IMG/VR virus record: IMGVR_UViG_3300008448_000002
Coordinates: 1 to 64,000 of that record
Length of the DNA: 64,000 bases
Reading direction: 5' to 3' (one strand)
DNA from: a virus
The translations under genes were made by a program, and so were the position numbers. Shown here one piece after another: positions 59,601 to 64,000 of the stretch (position 1 is the stretch's first letter; each line of letters opens with the position of its first letter). The notes under the pieces were generated by a model that was given only the letters and a program-made list of their open reading frames with translations, made no database searches and was not told the origin of the DNA.

Positions 59601-60953
59601 TTAAACATCAAACAAAATACTACCAATAACATTATTAGTTGATTGATTTTTTGAAAAGCCCAATTGAGAATTGGGAGAGCGAGTATTGTTAATTATATTA
59701 TATCCTGAATTAGTAAAAGTTGTTTGACTACCAGATTTAACTACATAATCAGGAACAGAATTACCATTTCTTTGTGCCGCCGAGGACAATGACGAAGCTA
59801 AAAATCCACCAGAATTACCATTAGATACTCCCAAACCAGTATCAAAAATACTAGGGTCAAATGTAGTTGCCGAAGGTGTTCTACTACCATTTCCAAAAAA
59901 ACTATTAGTTGCCGCATTATTTCTTACGGCATCATTTCCTGTGTATGAACCATTGGTTGTATTGTCGCCAAAATCAAAATTACCAAATGAACTAATTGAC
60001 CCTCTTCTACTGCTATTAATTGAGTTTAAGGGTGTTAAATTATTATTTGTTTCATAAAATCCATTATTAATATCGGGTGTTTCAAAAAGGTCAGTTCCAC
60101 CAAAAATGGCTTTTTTTACATCATTAACATCAGATTTAAACTGATTAAAGAAACTACCTGTAGTTCTTTCATAGTTTTCTGGTTCATAATACTGTCCTAA
60201 ATCAAGTCCTGCCTCTGTTGCTATCCATGAATACTCTGGGTCATTGATGCTTCTACCAGTCTCTTTAAAGACAAGTCCTTCGTAGTTAAAAGTTATATTA
60301 ATTTCAGAGGTTGATGTTCCATCACTATAATCTAAAGAATCGGGATTATACTCGGTTATTTTCGGATTTACAACATCAATTCTATTAAACTTATTTCCAT
60401 AGAATTGATATATTTCTATTCTTGAAAAGAAATAACCAGAACTGGCTGTATCATCATTAGTTTTCTTTGGGTCATATCCCCAATATCCCTGTGGTACTTT
60501 TAATTGTCCACTAATTATATCATTTGCCCAATCCGAGTCACCAGTTGCTCTAGCATCGCCATAATAAAAAGAGTAATAATCAGTGAATAGTGCCTGTACA
60601 CTGTTTTCTATAGTATCATGGAATTTTATTGTTATAGGACTGTATTTTACTTTTGTTTGTACCAATCTTTTTCTATTGTATTGATTTAACTCGTCAACAT
60701 CAAAACTTATTCGGGGTTTATCAATAGATTTTACAAAATATCCAACAATTCTCGACCAATCTACGTTAGTTTCTTTTGCCGCACTACCATTAAAGGTTGT
60801 TCCTCTAAAAAATCTTACATAGAATAAAAAATTGTTTTTTGGAACGGCAACAAATGAGCTACCACCTAAACCAAATAATTTAGATGCCGTTTGTGAATCT
60901 CTAATAATTAGAGGCGTTCCATCACTAGTATTGCTATATGAACCCCGTGCCAT
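59601..60953 (-). CDS. Tail tube initiator / baseplate hub protein (gp48/gp54-like)
   Basis: gp19-like segment DKPRISFD...NQYNRKR...YSPITIKFHD; adjacent to gp19. Confidence 0.65.
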   Translation of the reverse strand: MARGSYSNTSDGTPLIIRDSQTASKLFGLGGSSFVAVPKNNFLFYVRFFRGTTFNGSAAKETNVDWSRIVGYFVKSIDKPRISFDVDELNQYNRKRLVQTKVKYSPITIKFHDTIENSVQALFTDYYSFYYGDARATGDSDWANDIISGQLKVPQGYWGYDPKKTNDDTASSGYFFSRIEIYQFYGNKFNRIDVVNPKITEYNPDSLDYSDGTSTSEINITFNYEGLVFKETGRSINDPEYSWIATEAGLDLGQYYEPENYERTTGSFFNQFKSDVNDVKKAIFGGTDLFETPDINNGFYETNNNLTPLNSINSSRRGSISSFGNFDFGDNTTNGSYTGNDAVRNNAATNSFFGNGSRTPSATTFDPSIFDTGLGVSNGNSGGFLASSLSSAAQRNGNSVPDYVVKSGSQTTFTNSGYNIINNTRSPNSQLGFSKNQSTNNVIGSILFDV

Positions 60954-60964
60954 TTAAACCTTTA

Positions 60965-61552
60965 CTAGCCGACTGTCTGACCACCAATCAATTGTGGTAA
61001 TTGTGTCATCAATCCGTCAGCCTGTGTCGCGTTATCATAACGAATTGTTATATCAATCATTTGTTGGTCACTGGCAGAATAATCCATTGAACCATAACTA
61101 ATAGATGTCAAGAAACATCCTTCGAGAACCCATGATTCCAATACAGCATCATTACCGCCATCTAATACCTCAATAAATGTGGTAAACTTATAGTTAATAC
61201 CAGAAGCAAATGATGTTTGTTCAAAATGGTTTAATTGTTTCTGGTTTTGATGTCCAACCAATCTCGAAATGTTGTTTGTAATATCATCTCTTAAACCAAC
61301 AGAAATTGTATTCCATTCGTGCTTACCTTGAATGTAGGCAGTAGAGTTATAAGAATGTAGAGATATTTCTTGAAAAGAAACGGTTGGTTTATCGCAAGTT
61401 ACAACTTGTTGTGTTAATTCTAATCCGCCAGCTATTGGTCCAAAGTTAATAAATCTTACACGGAAGCGATACTTAAGTTTTGGGGATAACAACCCGCCTC
61501 TTCCGCCGCCATTTTGTAATGGTACTCCAAACTTCGATAATGTATTTGCCAT
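60965..61552 (-). CDS. gp19: Tail tube protein (T4 gp19-like)
   Basis: PKLKYRFRV, GKHEWNTISV.LRDD, W.LEGCF...YG.MDY, ITIRYD; late promoter at 61582-61589. Confidence 0.9.
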   Translation of the reverse strand: MANTLSKFGVPLQNGGGRGGLLSPKLKYRFRVRFINFGPIAGGLELTQQVVTCDKPTVSFQEISLHSYNSTAYIQGKHEWNTISVGLRDDITNNISRLVGHQNQKQLNHFEQTSFASGINYKFTTFIEVLDGGNDAVLESWVLEGCFLTSISYGSMDYSASDQQMIDITIRYDNATQADGLMTQLPQLIGGQTVG

Positions 61553-61620
61553 GTATATAATTCTCCTAAACAGTATACAACTATTTATAAGAATTATATT
61601 ATTTTTCTGTATGAGAAAAT

Positions 61621-61753
61621 AAACTTGCTATTCCTGTCTATTCAGGAACTTCTATCACTTTATGAATGCCCAGTTCACGCCTTTCGTTATGGTCAGACAA
61701 CCTCCTAGTCACCAGCAATAGAATTATAGGTTCAGGATTTCTCCTTCGCAAGC
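61621..61753 (-). ncRNA. Candidate novel structured RNA (~133 nt)
   Basis: About 42% GC island with no ORF; terminal helix GCUUGC/GCAAGU, GAAA tetraloop hairpin, 9-bp UUCUAUUGC/GUGAUAGAA helix; sigma70 promoter starts transcription at its 5' end. Confidence 0.65.
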
Positions 61754-61760
61754 ATAAATA

Positions 61761-61789
61761 ATAATATACTACTTTAACAGGATTGTCAA
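61761..61789 (-). promoter_or_regulatory. Near-consensus sigma70 promoter
   Basis: TTGACA-N17-TATTAT; predicted start ~61753-61754. Confidence 0.75.
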
Positions 61790-61794
61790 TTTAT

Positions 61795-62241
61795 ATGTCA
61801 TCTAAAAAAATCGAAGAAACTTTAAACTTACCATCAATGGAAGATTTATTAAAATCATTAGAAGAAGATAATGAACCATTACAAAAAATAGAAAATGAAC
61901 AAGACATCATTGAGAATCATGATAATGAAATGAACGATATAATGAAAAAAGCCATGACAAGTTATGAATCATTGATGGATTTAGGATTCAATGCTGAGAC
62001 GAGAGTGGCAGGAGAAATATTCGGTGCGGCAGTAAATATGTTAAAGTTATCAACCGATGCTTCAAGAAGTAAAATGGAACAAAAGTTTAAAAAAATAAAA
62101 TTAGAATTAGAAGCTAAGAAAATAGACTATGTTGTTGGTAAGGATAATAAAAGTATAGAAAACAATCAATATCAAGGAAAAGATGTAATAATCATGAATA
62201 GAAATGATTTATTGAAATCTATCAAAGATGATGCTAAATAA
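61795..62241 (+). CDS. Probable terminase small subunit (start revised to 61795)
   Basis: Helical HD.EM...YESLMDLG...KLEL...IMNRNDLLK pattern; CATAAATA at 61753-61760. Confidence 0.55.
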   Translation: MSSKKIEETLNLPSMEDLLKSLEEDNEPLQKIENEQDIIENHDNEMNDIMKKAMTSYESLMDLGFNAETRVAGEIFGAAVNMLKLSTDASRSKMEQKFKKIKLELEAKKIDYVVGKDNKSIENNQYQGKDVIIMNRNDLLKSIKDDAK

Positions 62242-62365
62242 CATTTGGTGATTTCCTGTATCATTGTATACTCATCGTCCGTTAATGACTAAAGGGAATA
62301 TAAACAGTTATTGCGGGGTTTTAGAGTTTTCCTGACACAACAAAAACTCTACTTTAAAATACTTG

Positions 62366-62393
62366 TTGACAAAGTAAAATAATGTGATATTCT
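62366..62393 (+). promoter_or_regulatory. Sigma70-type promoter with extended -10
   Basis: TTGACA-N16-TATTCT with TG upstream of the -10. Confidence 0.55.
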
Positions 62394-62444
62394 CTTATTT
62401 ATCAAAGAGGGGAATATCCTTCTTATTAAAAAAAGGAATACATT

Positions 62445-62720
62445 ATGTTTGCTTTATTTCATGTAGAAGAACAAGAGTTTTTAGGAGTACAATCGGGTAC
62501 TTGTGCTCACGAAGGCACACCAATGTCTGTTTTATCTTTTAAAACTAATAACATATGGTTGTGCGATAACAAAGAAGTGGCGGAGCATCTTTTGACTAAT
62601 AAGGACTTTTCTAATTTTGACGGTTATACATGGGATAGAGCATTTCATAGGCAAGGTATATGGTTAAGAAATTCATTTGTAGGTGAATTAAAAGTAGTAG
62701 AACTGAATCCTGTATTCTAG
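62445..62720 (+). CDS. Hypothetical early protein
   Basis: 91 aa with AGGAA RBS. Confidence 0.6.
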   Translation: MFALFHVEEQEFLGVQSGTCAHEGTPMSVLSFKTNNIWLCDNKEVAEHLLTNKDFSNFDGYTWDRAFHRQGIWLRNSFVGELKVVELNPVF

Positions 62721-62729
62721 GAATATATT

Positions 62730-62939
62730 ATGATTGAATATAAAAACATGAATGAAGATGAATGGTATAACTTTTTGAAAGGTGTCTTCCAAGATGGAGG
62801 ATTTATCGAATCGAACGGTCTTGAAAAATATCCTTTGTCGCAAGTTGCCATAGAAAGTCTTATTAATGATGGTATAGCTAAACACGAGGATAATTTATAT
62901 CTTCCAGTAAATAATAAACCAGAATTACAAGTAATATAA
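62730..62939 (+). CDS. Hypothetical protein
   Basis: 69 aa with AGGAA RBS. Confidence 0.6.
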   Translation: MIEYKNMNEDEWYNFLKGVFQDGGFIESNGLEKYPLSQVAIESLINDGIAKHEDNLYLPVNNKPELQVI

Positions 62940-62993
62940 TTTTAAAAATAGTTCTTGTAATTCATAATAAAATAATGATAATTCTAACAAAAT

Positions 62994-63069
62994 AGGAGTA
63001 TAGCTCAACTGGTAGAGCGTTGGTCTCCAAAACCAAAGGTTGTGGGTTCAATCCCCTCTGCTCCTGCCA
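62994..63069 (+). tRNA. trnW: tRNA-Trp (CCA) with encoded CCA end
   Basis: AGGAGTA/TGCTCCT acceptor, TAGCTCAACTGGTAGAGC D-arm, TTGGT-CTCCAAA-ACCAA anticodon arm, GGTTCAATC T-loop. Confidence 0.95.
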
Positions 63070-64000
63070 TTTTATTAACCATTGTGATGCCGCAATCATA
63101 GATATAGTTTCCATAATCTTTATTTGATAGTTTGTCATTATTTCTATCCAAGAAGTATCTTACTGGAGGTAATTGTATGGTTTCATTTTGGGAAAAATTA
63201 TAATAGTTGAATCTATTATCAATTATAATACTTATAGGTTTATTAAATTGTTTCTGTAAGTACAATACAAATAATTCCATAATTTCATTAAAATTAACGC
63301 AAAATATATAAGAAAAGTGATTTATTGTTTCATTTGTGATATTAACTACAGAAATCAACATATTATCTACGAATAATCCGTAAAATATACCATTATATTT
63401 ATTTTGTGGCAAATCATGGTTTTTTATGAATATGACGGCTTCCTTCTTAGTAATTTTCTTAATTGTATGATTACCTATAGCGATGTATTGACCCAATCCA
63501 AGAGATTCTTTGATTTTATTATGAATTATATCTTTACTGGTTTTATACTCGCAATCAAATATTGTCAATAGAGTAACATTCTTATCCCTACATTTTTTAT
63601 ACTTATTATAATGATAATCTTCTGATTTTCCTGCGTTTGTACTGTGCCAGTATATCCCACAATATTCAATCGCTAGATTCTTACTAGGAATATAGATGTC
63701 CAATTCTTGAGGTGATATTAATTTTCTATCACAAATCATAATATCCTCATCAGGCAATAATTCCTTAATATACTCTACAATGCCAATTTCATTTTTTGAG
63801 CGATAAGTTTCTTCAGGATAACATGTTTTACATATCTTTTCTCTAAATCTTATAGAGAAAAATCTATGAAGTAAGGGTATTTCTGTATTACAATCTATAC
63901 ATTCAAATAATATCATTTTCGGAGATAGTTTCTTTATATATTTGATATTCAATTTTTCTATTAAATGTTTATTCTTTTCGATAAACAGTAAAGTACTTTT
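63005..64000 (-). mobile_element. Homing-endonuclease-like gene (Zn ribbon + Vsr/DUF559-like nuclease), 5'-truncated by the window edge
   Basis: CIDC...CKTC; ELDIYIPSKNLAIEYCGIYWH; the frame stays open to 64000. Confidence 0.7.

Noticed and set aside
61690-61712. Tiny ORF after the AGGAGG within the candidate RNA
   Set aside because: Only an ATA at 10-nt spacing giving 11 codons, buried in predicted helices; not excluded, but unsupported.

Overview
AT-rich segment of a large T4-related ('jumbo') myovirus genome. Gene order and divergent T4-like core genes resemble the GAP32/RAK2/Atu_ph07 kind of jumbo phage (inference from recalled similarity, no search run). Left end (+): tail-fibre/receptor-binding cluster including an SGNH-esterase protein. 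Most of the rest is on the minus strand: tail tube gp19, gp4, terminase, gp32, UvsX/Y/W, primase, helicase, head-associated proteins, NrdA/NrdB, family B polymerase, PAAR protein, many small ORFs, and a tRNA-Trp on +. T4-type late promoters (TATAAATA/CATAAATA) and a few sigma70 promoters are visible. Features the ORF track misses or misreads: (1) nrdA is split into two genes carrying the two halves of a split intein whose C-extein starts with Gly rather than Cys/Ser/Thr; (2) the polymerase is split into gp43A and gp43B with an antisense endonuclease gene between them, and gp43B has a hidden 59-codon exon plus a 269-nt ORF-less group I intron; (3) a ~133-nt structured non-coding RNA candidate with its own sigma70 promoter lies between gp19 and the small terminase; (4) several proteins look like capsid-packaged cargo, with enzyme modules (pyrophosphatase, 2x amidoligase, GNAT, 2x ADP-ribosyltransferase-like) bounded by (I/L/V)-x-E motifs of the T4 prohead-protease type, plus duplicated leader cassettes flanking the terminase gene. 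No CRISPR array, integrase or rRNA was seen. Domain calls rest on motifs read by eye.
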